64,000 nt of DNA, taken from positions 6,082-70,081 of the forward strand of contig JAENWD010000139.1 of the NCBI GenBank assembly GCA_016650245.1, in the 5' to 3' direction. The notes below the pieces were generated by a model. The model was not told the DNA's origin and searched no databases. It saw nothing but the letters and a program-made list of their open reading frames with translations. Source of the DNA: Vicinamibacteria bacterium (GTDB lineage: Bacteria; Acidobacteriota; Vicinamibacteria; Vicinamibacterales; JAENWD01). Numbering within the stretch: the stretch's first letter is position 1; every line of letters begins with the position of its first letter. Of this stretch, positions 1-8,533 are shown one piece after another. The translations under genes were made by a program, and so were the position numbers.

Positions 1-494
1 GACAGATGCTTCCGCACGCAGTTGAGCGCCGTGATGTCGGCGCCCTCTGCGAGCAGCCGCCTGATCACGGCTTGCTTGTCGGCAAACGCGACGCCGTCGG
101 CCGCCAGCGCCATCAACGACGACGCGCCGCCCGACACCAGCACGACGAGACGGTCGTCGTCCGCGCAGCTGCCGGCCAGCGTCAGCGCGGCACGCGCGGC
201 CCGCTCGCTGCGCAGGTCGGGGACAGGATGCGCGCTTTCAACCCACTGGAGGCCCGCTGGCGCATCTCCGTGGGTGCCAATCACCAGGCCGTTGGTGAGC
301 GCGGAGTGGTGCAGCTCGGCAAACGCGTGAGCCATGGCCGAGGCGGCCTTGCCGACGGCCAGCAACGACACCGCGGTGCCGGCAAGCCACGCAGCCTCGT
401 GATAGGCCGCCGTCACGACCGCGCGCGCCGACACCGCCTGCAAGGCGGCATCGGCAATCGCCTGCAGATCGTCGGGCGGGGTCGAACCGGTCAG
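1..494 (-). CDS. Glycerate 2-kinase family (DUF4147/MOFRL), N-terminal 164 codons; 3' end lies beyond window start
   Basis: My own reverse-strand translation; it is absent from the ORF track because no stop falls in the window. It reads ...LLAVGKAASAMAHAF...RLVVLVSGGASSLMAL...ITALNCVRKHLS, matching the GKAA / SGGxSxL / LNxVRKHLS motifs of this family. There is no ATG or GTG near the 5' end. The first in-frame candidate is CTG 494-492, just after an in-frame TAA, so the start is uncertain. Confidence 0.7.
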   Translation of the reverse strand, partial: MTGSTPPDDLQAIADAALQAVSARAVVTAAYHEAAWLAGTAVSLLAVGKAASAMAHAFAELHHSALTNGLVIGTHGDAPAGLQWVESAHPVPDLRSERAARAALTLAGSCADDDRLVVLVSGGASSLMALAADGVAFADKQAVIRRLLAEGADITALNCVRKHL

Positions 495-781
495 TGGAGG
501 GTCTTAGGGTCTGACCAGGCCGACAGGCCGGTCAGGACGTCGAACTGTTTGAGGAGCTCGCTGACGACCTGGTTGCAGTCGTGGCGGCGGCAGAGCGTGT
601 CGAGCCGGCCCATGACGCGGGCCAACGCGGCATCGACCTCCTCGACCGCCACCTCGGAGAAGCAGTCGCGTTGCTGCTCCAGACAGTGGCGGTGCTTGAG
701 GAACTCGTCGCGATAGAAGTCGGTAAGGCTTGCGGGGGCGAACACGCTGGCTGGCCGCGCGTGGGTCAGAAGGCGGGACAT
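491..781 (-). CDS. Hypothetical small Cys-containing protein (96 aa)
   Basis: Frame of track ORF 491..856. I prefer the internal ATG at 781-779 (MSRLLTH...) because 782-859 is an AT-richer spacer. No family recognised. Its TGA overlaps the candidate CTG start of the downstream kinase. Confidence 0.45.
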   Translation of the reverse strand: MSRLLTHARPASVFAPASLTDFYRDEFLKHRHCLEQQRDCFSEVAVEEVDAALARVMGRLDTLCRRHDCNQVVSELLKQFDVLTGLSAWSDPKTLH

Positions 782-859
782 ACGAATCCTCGCGAAGCTG
801 ATTTGTCCGAGAGCCGTAATGAATTCAGTGTAGTGACGGCCCCGCCCCGGTGTCAACGA

Positions 860-1747
860 TTACCGGGCCGTGCGGGCGGCCAGCAGTCCGCCCACGCAAC
901 CGATGGCGGCCCCACCGCCCACCAGGCTCAACGCCACACCGAGCGGAAGGAATCGCACATCGCCCGCCGCCACCAGCCCCGCCGCCCACGCGACAATGGG
1001 GTCGCGCCCGAGCAGGTACACACCCACCAGCACGCCAAACGCCACGACCGCGCCGGTCAGCCCCAGCAGCGTGCCCTCGAGCACGAAGGGGCCCCGGATG
1101 TAGGCCAGCGGCGCACCAACCAACTGCATGATCTCGATCTCCGCACGGCGGGCGTGCAGCGCAAGGCGCACCACCCCTGCAATGGTCAGGCACGCCGCCA
1201 GCGTCAGCACCGCCACCAGCGCCAGGCCGGCGGTGCGCGCCGCGCCCACCAACCGGAGCAGCCGCTCGATCCAGCGCCGATCGTAGCGCACGTCGCTGAC
1301 GCCGGCCTGCTGGCGCAGTTGTGCGGCCAGCCGGCCTACCGACGGATCGCGGGCCAGCTCGGGCCGCAGTTGCACGTCATAGGAGGCCGGCAGGGGGTTG
1401 GCCGGCAGCGACGCCACAGCAGCGGCGAGATCGGGAAACTGGCGGGAGAACCGGCGCAGGGCTTCCTCCGCCGGCACGAAGGCCTGGCCGGCGACCAGGC
1501 CGCTGCTTCCCAAGGTGCGCTCGATGGCAGCGCGCTCGGTGGGCGTCGCGCCGTCGGCGAGGAAGACAGAGAACTCCGCCGCCGCGCTCCATCGCTCGAG
1601 CAGCCTGCTGGCCGAGGTCCCGGCCAGCAGCAGCAGTCCGAGCACGAACAGGCTGGCGCTGGCCGTGAGCACCGCCATCAGCGAGGCGCCACGCCGGCGC
1701 CACATGCTGCGCCAGGCTTCGCTGATGGCATAGACGACCGCGTTCAT
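860..1747 (-). CDS. ftsX: Cell-division protein FtsX (ABC permease-like)
   Basis: 295 aa with an N-terminal TM helix, an extracytoplasmic loop and three C-terminal TM helices (LVGAPLAYIRGPFVLEG...). It overlaps ftsE by 4 nt. Confidence 0.85.
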   Translation of the reverse strand: MNAVVYAISEAWRSMWRRRGASLMAVLTASASLFVLGLLLLAGTSASRLLERWSAAAEFSVFLADGATPTERAAIERTLGSSGLVAGQAFVPAEEALRRFSRQFPDLAAAVASLPANPLPASYDVQLRPELARDPSVGRLAAQLRQQAGVSDVRYDRRWIERLLRLVGAARTAGLALVAVLTLAACLTIAGVVRLALHARRAEIEIMQLVGAPLAYIRGPFVLEGTLLGLTGAVVAFGVLVGVYLLGRDPIVAWAAGLVAAGDVRFLPLGVALSLVGGGAAIGCVGGLLAARTAR

Positions 1748-2403
1748 GCGTCCTCCACGAGCAGCCCGTGCTCGAGGGTCACCGTCTGCTTGCCGACGCG
1801 GCGGATCAGCTCGCGATCGTGGGTCGCCACCAGCACCGTCGTGCCGCGGGCGTTGATGTCGCGAAACAGGTTCATGATCTCGAGCGCGAGATCGGGATCG
1901 AGGTTGCCCGTGGGCTCATCGGCCAACACCAGCGCCGGGTCGTTGATGAGCGCGCGTGCAACCGCCACCCGCTGCTGCTCGCCGCCGGAGAGCTCTTCGG
2001 GAAACGCGTTGAGCCGATGCTGCAGGCCCACCCATTTGAGGACCTGAAACGCCTTGCGCCGCTGCACGGCGACGGGCTGCCCCAGCACGCGCGGCACAAA
2101 CGTGATGTTCTCGTAGACGGTTCGCGTGGGGATGAGTTTGAAGTCCTGGAAGACGAACCCGACGCTGCGCCGGTAGGTCTGCACCTGGCTGGCGCTCATC
2201 TTCGACAGGCTTCGCCCGCCGACGATCAGGTGACCGGCCGAGGGCACGTCCTGCCGCAGCAGGAGCCGGAGCAGCGTCGACTTGCCCGCGCCGCTGGGCC
2301 CGGTGAGGAACACGAAGTCCCCCTTGCCGATGGTCAGCGTGAGGTCCCGCAGCGCGTACACGCCACGGGTGTACATCTTGGAAACCTGTTGGGCCTCAAT
2401 CAC
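1744..2403 (-). CDS. ftsE: Cell-division ATP-binding protein FtsE
   Basis: Walker A GPSGAGKST, ABC signature LSGGEQQR and Walker [13 protein letters not shown]. 219 aa with a GTG start, directly upstream of ftsX. Confidence 0.9.
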   Translation of the reverse strand: MIEAQQVSKMYTRGVYALRDLTLTIGKGDFVFLTGPSGAGKSTLLRLLLRQDVPSAGHLIVGGRSLSKMSASQVQTYRRSVGFVFQDFKLIPTRTVYENITFVPRVLGQPVAVQRRKAFQVLKWVGLQHRLNAFPEELSGGEQQRVAVARALINDPALVLADEPTGNLDPDLALEIMNLFRDINARGTTVLVATHDRELIRRVGKQTVTLEHGLLVEDA

Positions 2404-2490
2404 GGTTCGCTGTGGGAGCGCGCGCCAGCGCGATCGCGCCGCGAGTCTAGCACACGGACTTGGGGTCCGCCCGCCGCCTGGGCCGACGCG

Positions 2491-3933
2491 TCAGGCGCGC
2501 TCGAGGGCCCGCCGCATCAACGCGTTCACCACTGCGGGGCTCGCCTTGCCGCCGGTGGCCTTCATCACCTGGCCCACGAGAAAGCCGAGGACCTTGGTCT
2601 GGCCCGCGCGGTACTGTCGTACCGGCTCTGGATGCGCGGCCAGGACCTGGTCGACGGCGGCGGCCAGCGCGCCTTCGTCGCTGATCTGCGCGAGCCCGCC
2701 GGCGTCGACAATGGCCGTCGCTGTGGCGCCGCTGGTCCACATCTTCTCGAAGACCTCCTTGGCCGTCGACGAGTTGATCACGCGGCGCTCCACCAGATCG
2801 ATCAGCCCGGCCAGGCCCGCCGCGCTGATCGGGCTGTCGGCCAGCGACAGACCGGAGTCGTTGAGGGTGCGCGCCATCTCGCCCATCAACCAGTTGGCGG
2901 CCGCCTTCGCCGGTGCACCGGCGGCGACCACGGCCGCAAACCAGTCGCCGGTCTCGCGCGACCGCGTCAGCTCGGTCGCGTCGTACGACGACAATCCGAA
3001 CTCCACCATCAACCGGTCGCGCCGGGCGGCCGGCAACTCGGGCAGCGCCTGGCGGGCCCGCTCCACGCGTGCGGCGTCGACGTCAACCGGCGCCAGATCG
3101 GGTTCTGGGAAGTACCGGTAGTCGTGCGCGTCTTCCTTGCTGCGCATCGTGATCGTACGGCTGGTTGCCTGGTCCCACAACCGCGTGTCCTGTTCCACGC
3201 GCTGGCCGGAGTCCACCAGGTCGATCTGCCGCTCGATCTCGTATTCGAGCGCCTGACGCAGATAACGAAACGAGTTGAGGTTCTTCACCTCCACTTTGGT
3301 CCCCAGGCGCGACTCGCCCACCGGGCGCACCGAGACGTTGGCGTCACACCGCAGGCTGCCCTCGTCCATGTTGCCGTCGTTGACGCCGATCCAGACCAGC
3401 ATCGCGCGCAGTTGTTCGAAAAATGCCGACGCGTCGGCGGGCGAGCGCAGGTCGGGCTCGGTGACGATCTCGATGAGCGGCACGCCGGCCCGGTTGTAGT
3501 CGAGCGAGGTGCGGTCGGACGCGTCGGCAAGTCCTTCGTGCAGGGACTTGCCGGCGTCTTCCTCCAGGTGAATCCGGGTGATCCCGACCGCGACGGTGTG
3601 ATCGCCGCTTGCCACTCTCAACTCGCCACGCCCCACCAGCGGCTGGTCGTACTGCGAAATCTGATAGCCCTTCGGGAGGTCCGGGTAGAAGTAGTTCTTC
3701 CGCGCGAAGACCGAGCGGGCGTTGATGGCGCACCCCAGCGCCACACCTGCGCGAAGCGCCAGATCGACCGCCTGCCGGTTGAGCACTGGCAAGGCCCCGG
3801 GCAGCCCCAGACACACCGGACAGATGTGCGTGTTGGGCGGCGCGCCGAACCGCGTCGAGCAGCCACAGAAGACTTTGGTGGCGGTGAGAAGCTGGGCGTG
3901 GATTTCCAGCCCGATGACAGCTTGGTAAGGCAT
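2491..3933 (-). CDS. gatB: Asp-tRNA(Asn)/Glu-tRNA(Gln) amidotransferase subunit B
   Basis: MPYQAVIGLEIHAQL..., CPVCLGLPGALPVLN and a C-terminal GatB/YqeY tail. I chose the internal ATG at 3933. The 76 upstream codons of track ORF 2491..4161 are an Arg/Pro-rich extension. Confidence 0.92.
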   Translation of the reverse strand: MPYQAVIGLEIHAQLLTATKVFCGCSTRFGAPPNTHICPVCLGLPGALPVLNRQAVDLALRAGVALGCAINARSVFARKNYFYPDLPKGYQISQYDQPLVGRGELRVASGDHTVAVGITRIHLEEDAGKSLHEGLADASDRTSLDYNRAGVPLIEIVTEPDLRSPADASAFFEQLRAMLVWIGVNDGNMDEGSLRCDANVSVRPVGESRLGTKVEVKNLNSFRYLRQALEYEIERQIDLVDSGQRVEQDTRLWDQATSRTITMRSKEDAHDYRYFPEPDLAPVDVDAARVERARQALPELPAARRDRLMVEFGLSSYDATELTRSRETGDWFAAVVAAGAPAKAAANWLMGEMARTLNDSGLSLADSPISAAGLAGLIDLVERRVINSSTAKEVFEKMWTSGATATAIVDAGGLAQISDEGALAAAVDQVLAAHPEPVRQYRAGQTKVLGFLVGQVMKATGGKASPAVVNALMRRALERA

Positions 3934-3946
3934 CCGCGGTGAGCAA

Positions 3947-3962
3947 CGCGCCTCGAGGCGCG
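3947..3962. promoter_or_regulatory. 16-nt perfect palindrome CGCGCCTCGAGGCGCG in the gatB / sigma-factor divergent spacer
   Basis: Read directly from the sequence. It lies 14-29 nt upstream of the gatB ATG. Its function (operator or 5'-UTR hairpin) is unknown. Confidence 0.25.
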
Positions 3963-4085
3963 CCTGGGCATCATATGACGAAGGCTCGGGCCGCGTCGAT
4001 GGACGTGGGGCACGGTGCGGGCCGGCCGGGGATGCGATAAGATCCACGGGCAGTAAGTGATGCCCGGTCACCGCGCGTATACCGT

Positions 4086-4736
4086 ATGAAGAGCGCTCGA
4101 CCCATCGCCGCCGCTTCCCCGTCTGCCGCCCCCGCGGTCGCGGCTCCGTCTCTGTCTCCACACACGGTGACAGCGTCGGAGATCCGGGCGATGATGGCGC
4201 GGGGCGAACTGTCGGCCGCCCGCGAGGCGTTTGACGACATCGTCGTGCGCCATCAGCGCCGAGCCTCGCGCATCGCGCTCATGTATTTGCGCGACGCGGC
4301 GGAAGCCGACGAGGCCGTGCAGGATGCGTTTGTGCGGGCGTTCACGCGGCTCGAGACGTACCGCGACGAGCATCCGTTCGAGGTGTGGTTCACGCGGATT
4401 CTGGTGAACGCCTGTGTGGACCGCCAGCGCGCCCGTCAGCGGCGCGCCCGCCGCCTGGTCGCGCTCGAGGATCTGGCGTTCGAGCCGGCCGCCGGCCGGT
4501 CGGCCTCGCCCGAGCGGCGCGCGGTGGGTCTGGCGTGGCGCGAGGCGGTCAACGCGGCGGTGGAGCGGTTGCCGGCGCGCCAGCGCGAGGTGTTCGCGCT
4601 GTGCCACCTGGGCGATCACACGCCGCGCGACGTGAGCATGATGACGGGAATGCGGGAATCCACCGTGCGGGTACATCTGTTCCGCGCCGTACACAAACTG
4701 CGCGCGGCGCTGGGGGCCTGGCGTGATCTTCGCTGA
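4086..4736 (+). CDS. ECF-type RNA polymerase sigma-70 family factor
   Basis: Region 2 (RIALMYLRDAAEADEAVQDAFVRAF...PFEVWFTRILVNACVD) and region 4 (LPARQREVFALCHLGDHTPRDVSMMTGMRESTVRVHLFRA). The start could instead be ATG-ATG near 4191. Confidence 0.85.
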   Translation: MKSARPIAAASPSAAPAVAAPSLSPHTVTASEIRAMMARGELSAAREAFDDIVVRHQRRASRIALMYLRDAAEADEAVQDAFVRAFTRLETYRDEHPFEVWFTRILVNACVDRQRARQRRARRLVALEDLAFEPAAGRSASPERRAVGLAWREAVNAAVERLPARQREVFALCHLGDHTPRDVSMMTGMRESTVRVHLFRAVHKLRAALGAWRDLR

Positions 4737-5301
4737 GTGGCATCCCGACGACGAGCGTCTTCTGGGCCACTACGCCGATCGCACCGCGGACCAGACCCTG
4801 GACCAGCACCTGGCCTGGTGCCGGCCCTGCCACCGCCGCCTGTCCGCGATGACGCGGGATCTGGAGGGCTGGCATCTCGCGGCCGCCGAGCACGCCGACG
4901 AGGCGTTCGACCATCAGCGGCTGGCGGCGCAGCGGCGCGGCATCCAGCAGCGGCTGGGCGCCGCGGTACCGGGTCGTGTGCTGCCCTTCCCTGTTCCGGG
5001 CAGTCCCGAGCGCCACGCGCCGTTGGCCCGTGTCGCAGCCGCCGTGTTGCTGGTCGCCCTGGCGGGCGCCGGTGTGTTCCGCGTGTTGCAGATGCCCGAG
5101 CGGGTCTCGTCACCGGCGGCGTCTCGCGGGGCGCCCTCGCGGACGACCGCGGCTGTGCGCCTGGTGCGGGAAGGGGCGGATGCGGCCGACCTCGAGGACA
5201 TCGACCTGGCCTTGTTGCGGCCCCGCACGGCCGTGGCCGAACTGCGCGCGCTCGACGAGTTCACGCCGCACGTGCGCGACATCGTCGCGCCGCGCCGCTG
5301 A
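4723..5301 (+). CDS. Anti-sigma factor (zf-HC2-like, single TM)
   Basis: GTG start overlapping the sigma gene by 14 nt. It has an H-x3-C-x2-C motif (HLAWCRPCH) and a hydrophobic helix (VAAAVLLVALAGAGVF). Confidence 0.6.
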   Translation: MIFAEWHPDDERLLGHYADRTADQTLDQHLAWCRPCHRRLSAMTRDLEGWHLAAAEHADEAFDHQRLAAQRRGIQQRLGAAVPGRVLPFPVPGSPERHAPLARVAAAVLLVALAGAGVFRVLQMPERVSSPAASRGAPSRTTAAVRLVREGADAADLEDIDLALLRPRTAVAELRALDEFTPHVRDIVAPRR

Positions 5302-5328
5302 TCCCATGGGTCGAGGTTCCACGTCCTG

Positions 5329-6510
5329 ATGCCGCCGCTGATTTTTCGAAAGGGCCTCGACCTCAAGGACGCTGTCGCCGGGCAGCTTGCCCGGAACTAC
5401 CACAGCGCCCTGGTAGGGGCGATCAAAGAGGCGGGCTATCGCTATCAGGCCGGACGGCTCGAAGTGCACCTGGCGCGTGAGTTCGGGTTCTGCTACGGCG
5501 TGGATCGCGCCGTCGACTACGCCTATCAGGCGCGCACGCGGTTTCCGGACCAGACGGTCTTTCTGACCGGCGAGATCATTCACAACCCGCACGTCAACGA
5601 CAAGCTGCGCGCGCTGGGGATCCGCTTTCTCAGCGACGCAGGCCAGACGTTTGAACGCCTGACGGCCGACGACGTCGTGATTCTGCCCGCCTTTGGCGTG
5701 ACGATCGAGATGCTGGCCGCCCTGTCGGCGCGCAGCTGCACGCTGGTCGACACCACGTGCGGATCGGTGCTCAACGTCTGGAAAAACGTCAAGCGCTACG
5801 CACAGGACGGCCTGACATCGGTCATCCACGGCAAGCACTGGCACGAAGAGACGCAGGCGACGGCGTCTCAGGCCACACAGTACCCCGGTGGCCGATATCT
5901 GGTCGTCTACAACAAAGACGAAGCCACCGACGTCTGCACCTACATCCGGCACGGCGGCAACGCCCGCGCGTTTCTTGAACGATTCAACGACGCGGCGTCG
6001 CCCGGCTTCGATCCCGACATCGACCTGGGCCGCATCGGCCTGGCCAACCAGACGACGATGCTGATGTCCGAGTCGGTCGAGATCGGCGAGATGTTCCGCG
6101 AGGCGATGCGCGATCGCTTTGGCGAGCAGGACCTTGGCCATCGCTATCGCGCCTTTGACACGATCTGCAGCGCCACGCAGGATCGACAGGACGCCGTGAT
6201 TCGCCTGCTGGCCGACGAGCGCCTCGACCTGATGGTGGTCATCGGCGGCTACAACAGCAGTAACACCTGCAACCTCGCGCACATTTGCGCCGAGCACGTG
6301 CCGACCTACCACATCGCGGACCCGGCCTGTCTGGTCTCGCGCCTGCTGATTCGGCACAAACCGGTCGGTCAGCCCGATGAGATCGAAACCGGCGGCTGGC
6401 TGCCTGCCAGCGGGGCCCTGCGAATCGGACTCACCTCGGGCGCCTCCACCCCAGACAACCTGGTCGAGCGTGTCGTCCGCACGCTCGACGGCTTCGCCAA
6501 TCCCAACTGA
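5329..6510 (+). CDS. ispH: 4-hydroxy-3-methylbut-2-enyl diphosphate reductase, long (cyanobacterial/plant-like) form
   Basis: LAREFGFCYGVDRAV, TCGSVLNVWK and IGGYNSSNT motifs of LytB/IspH. 393 aa. Confidence 0.9.
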   Translation: MPPLIFRKGLDLKDAVAGQLARNYHSALVGAIKEAGYRYQAGRLEVHLAREFGFCYGVDRAVDYAYQARTRFPDQTVFLTGEIIHNPHVNDKLRALGIRFLSDAGQTFERLTADDVVILPAFGVTIEMLAALSARSCTLVDTTCGSVLNVWKNVKRYAQDGLTSVIHGKHWHEETQATASQATQYPGGRYLVVYNKDEATDVCTYIRHGGNARAFLERFNDAASPGFDPDIDLGRIGLANQTTMLMSESVEIGEMFREAMRDRFGEQDLGHRYRAFDTICSATQDRQDAVIRLLADERLDLMVVIGGYNSSNTCNLAHICAEHVPTYHIADPACLVSRLLIRHKPVGQPDEIETGGWLPASGALRIGLTSGASTPDNLVERVVRTLDGFANPN

Positions 6511-6559
6511 CCGTGGCGTCGGCGCCGTCGTCTCGCTCCTCGCGGCGCTGACCATCGCG

Positions 6560-6576
6560 CCGGCCCACAGGGCCGG
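6560..6576 (+). terminator. GC hairpin CCGGCCC-aca-GGGCCGG downstream of ispH
   Basis: 7-bp perfect stem about 50 nt after the ispH stop, with no U tract. A second small hairpin (CCCGC-tga-GCGGG) follows. Confidence 0.3.
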
Positions 6577-6631
6577 GTAAACAGCCCCCGCTGAGCGGGC
6601 GTAGCTGATAACGTCCGGGACCTGTCTGGCT

Positions 6632-7093
6632 GTGTCTTTCCTGTCGTTTCGTCGTCGTCTCCTGCCAGGGCTGCTGGCGCTTGCCAGCGTCGTGGCCGGG
6701 ACGCTGCCGGTCGGCGCCGGGCAGGGCGGCAAGTTCAAGTGGTGGCAATCCGAGCGCTTCGTGCAGGAACTGGGCCTGACGCGCGAGCAGTCGGCCCGCA
6801 TCGAAGAGGTCTTTCAGGCCAGCTGGCCGGCCCTGCACGCGGCCAAGGCCGATCTGGACCGCCTCGAGACCGATCTGTCGCATCTGATCGGAGAAGGCAC
6901 CGCCAGCGAGGCCAGGGTGCTGCAGCAGATCGACCGCGTCGAGGCGTCGAGAAGCGCGATGGGCCGTACCCGCTCCCTGATGCTGTACCGGATGCACCGG
7001 CTGCTCACATCCGATCAGCGCGTGAAACTCAAGGCGCTGTATGAGGCCGTCGAGCGCGAGAAGGCTCGGCACCAGGACGCCCGGCCGAAGTGA
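6632..7093 (+). CDS. Periplasmic Spy/CpxP-family (LTXXQ) protein
   Basis: GTG start, signal peptide, two LTxxQ motifs (LTREQ, LTSDQ) and coiled helical sequence. Confidence 0.7.
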   Translation: MSFLSFRRRLLPGLLALASVVAGTLPVGAGQGGKFKWWQSERFVQELGLTREQSARIEEVFQASWPALHAAKADLDRLETDLSHLIGEGTASEARVLQQIDRVEASRSAMGRTRSLMLYRMHRLLTSDQRVKLKALYEAVEREKARHQDARPK

Positions 7094-7097
7094 TCGG

Positions 7098-7592
7098 CTA
7101 GGACACCGCCATCGGTGGCGTCAGGCGCCTGAACAGAGCCTCGACGGTGAGCCCCGTCTCGGGATCCACCATCGTCGGCGCGATCTCGGCAAGCGGCGCC
7201 AGCACGAATCGACGATCGCGGAAGCGCGGATGCGGAATGGTCAGCGCGGGCTCGTCGAGTCTCACCTCACCGTAGAGAATCAGGTCGAGATCGATTGTGC
7301 GAGGGGCGTTGGCGTGCGGACGCACGCGCCCGAGGGTGCGCTCGACCGCGAGCAGGCGCGCCAGCAGGGCACGCGGCGCCAGCCGTGTGACACCGGTGAC
7401 CGCGGCGTTGAGGTAGTTCGGGTGTGGAAGCGGGACACCGACGGGTGCGGTGTCGTGAAACGAAGAGACGGCGATGTCGTCGAGCAGCCCTCGCAACGCT
7501 GCGACCGCCTGCTGCAGTTGGCCCTCGCGGTCGCCGAGATTCGCCCCGAGGGCGATGGCGACGCGCGTGGGCCCGGCGAGCCGATCAGTCAC
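7098..7592 (-). CDS. folK: 2-amino-4-hydroxy-6-hydroxymethyldihydropteridine diphosphokinase (HPPK)
   Basis: VAIALGANLGDR..., RTIDLDLILYG and IPHPRFRDRRFVLAPL motifs. GTG start inside the stop region of the upstream ORF. Confidence 0.88.
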   Translation of the reverse strand: MTDRLAGPTRVAIALGANLGDREGQLQQAVAALRGLLDDIAVSSFHDTAPVGVPLPHPNYLNAAVTGVTRLAPRALLARLLAVERTLGRVRPHANAPRTIDLDLILYGEVRLDEPALTIPHPRFRDRRFVLAPLAEIAPTMVDPETGLTVEALFRRLTPPMAVS

Positions 7593-8076
7593 CCATCCAG
7601 CGCGTCCCGGCTACGACGCCCCGCTGGCCGGCGCCCGTGCCGTCACGGCCGAGCAGGTTCGGCTCGCCGCTGAGCGCCTGCTCGAGCAGGCGCGTCTGCT
7701 CCTGCATCTCGCCCAGCATCAGCCGCAGCATCGTCTGGTCGCGAGCGTGACTGAGTGCCTCGACGCGCGGGCTCCAACTCGCCACAAACGCCTGGCCGCG
7801 CTTCGCGTCTTCCTGTACCAGCGGCCTCCACGCATCCTTGCCGCGCTGGATCGTCAGGGACGGCCCGTCCGGCGGAGCCGGCAGCGACGCGCCCAGGTCG
7901 GCGAGCGCAGCGGCCAGCCACTCGAGGTGCGTCTCTTCGCGGTTGATCACGTATTGATACGTGTTGTTGATGTCGTACCCGGGAACGTGGACAGCAACGG
8001 CCCGATGGTGCTCGGCAATGGCGAGACGATCTCTGTAGCACTCCTGCAGCAGAGCGACGAGGTCTGTGGGTTTCAC
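7585..8076 (-). CDS. Hypothetical helical protein (163 aa)
   Basis: Good third-position GC and tightly packed between the DksA-type gene and folK (8-nt and 4-nt overlaps). No family recognised with confidence. Confidence 0.55.
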   Translation of the reverse strand: MKPTDLVALLQECYRDRLAIAEHHRAVAVHVPGYDINNTYQYVINREETHLEWLAAALADLGASLPAPPDGPSLTIQRGKDAWRPLVQEDAKRGQAFVASWSPRVEALSHARDQTMLRLMLGEMQEQTRLLEQALSGEPNLLGRDGTGAGQRGVVAGTRWMGD

Positions 8077-8408
8077 GCCTTTTGCTTTTCCTTGCAGTTG
8101 ATGCAGACCCGTGTCCAGGGAATCGCCTTCAGCCGCGCGTCAGCGATGGGGTGACCGCAATCCCGGCAGCTGCCGTACGTCCCTTTTTCGACGCGCTGCA
8201 ACGCGTCTTCGATCGCCTGCAGAATCTTCGCGTCGGTCTGGCGCAACTTCAAGGCGATGTGTACTTCGTTGTTGCCACTGGCCTGGTCGGCCATGTCGCC
8301 CTGGCGCGAGTTATTCTCCATCGTCGCCTGCAGGGGCCGGACACCGGAGCCGCCAAGCAGCTCTTGTTTCTTGCGGAGCAGCGCCTCCCGGTAGACTTCG
8401 AGATCCAT
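8073..8408 (-). CDS. DksA/TraR-family C4 zinc-finger protein
   Basis: C-x2-C-x17-C-x2-C motif (CRDCGHPIADARLKAIPWTRVCINC) after a coiled-coil region. GGAGGA lies upstream of the ATG. Confidence 0.85.
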   Translation of the reverse strand: MDLEVYREALLRKKQELLGGSGVRPLQATMENNSRQGDMADQASGNNEVHIALKLRQTDAKILQAIEDALQRVEKGTYGSCRDCGHPIADARLKAIPWTRVCINCKEKQKA

Positions 8409-8533
8409 GTGCTGTCACTTCCTCCGCCGGCGTGTCCAGCGGACTCGACAAAACATGATCATAGCACCCGGCTGGCCCTTTTGGCCACGGAGCCGCGGAG
8501 GGGATCAGCCACAGAGAGACTACGAGGGTGGGT

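Noticed and set aside
1768-3942. 724-aa plus-strand ORF spanning ftsE and gatB
   Set aside because: It is antisense to two well-supported genes. The translation is Arg/Gly/Pro/His-rich low complexity with no motif, a typical high-GC shadow ORF.
5110-6801. 563-aa minus-strand ORF over ispH
   Set aside because: It is antisense to ispH, which has strong motifs, and has shadow composition. The same reasoning applies to 22336..23739, 23845..25386, 26816..28414, 31233..32675, 34718..36181, 39275..40819, 43173..45020, 45320..46777, 47560..49047, 50701..52119, 56346..57401, 58845..60119 and 61973..62902.
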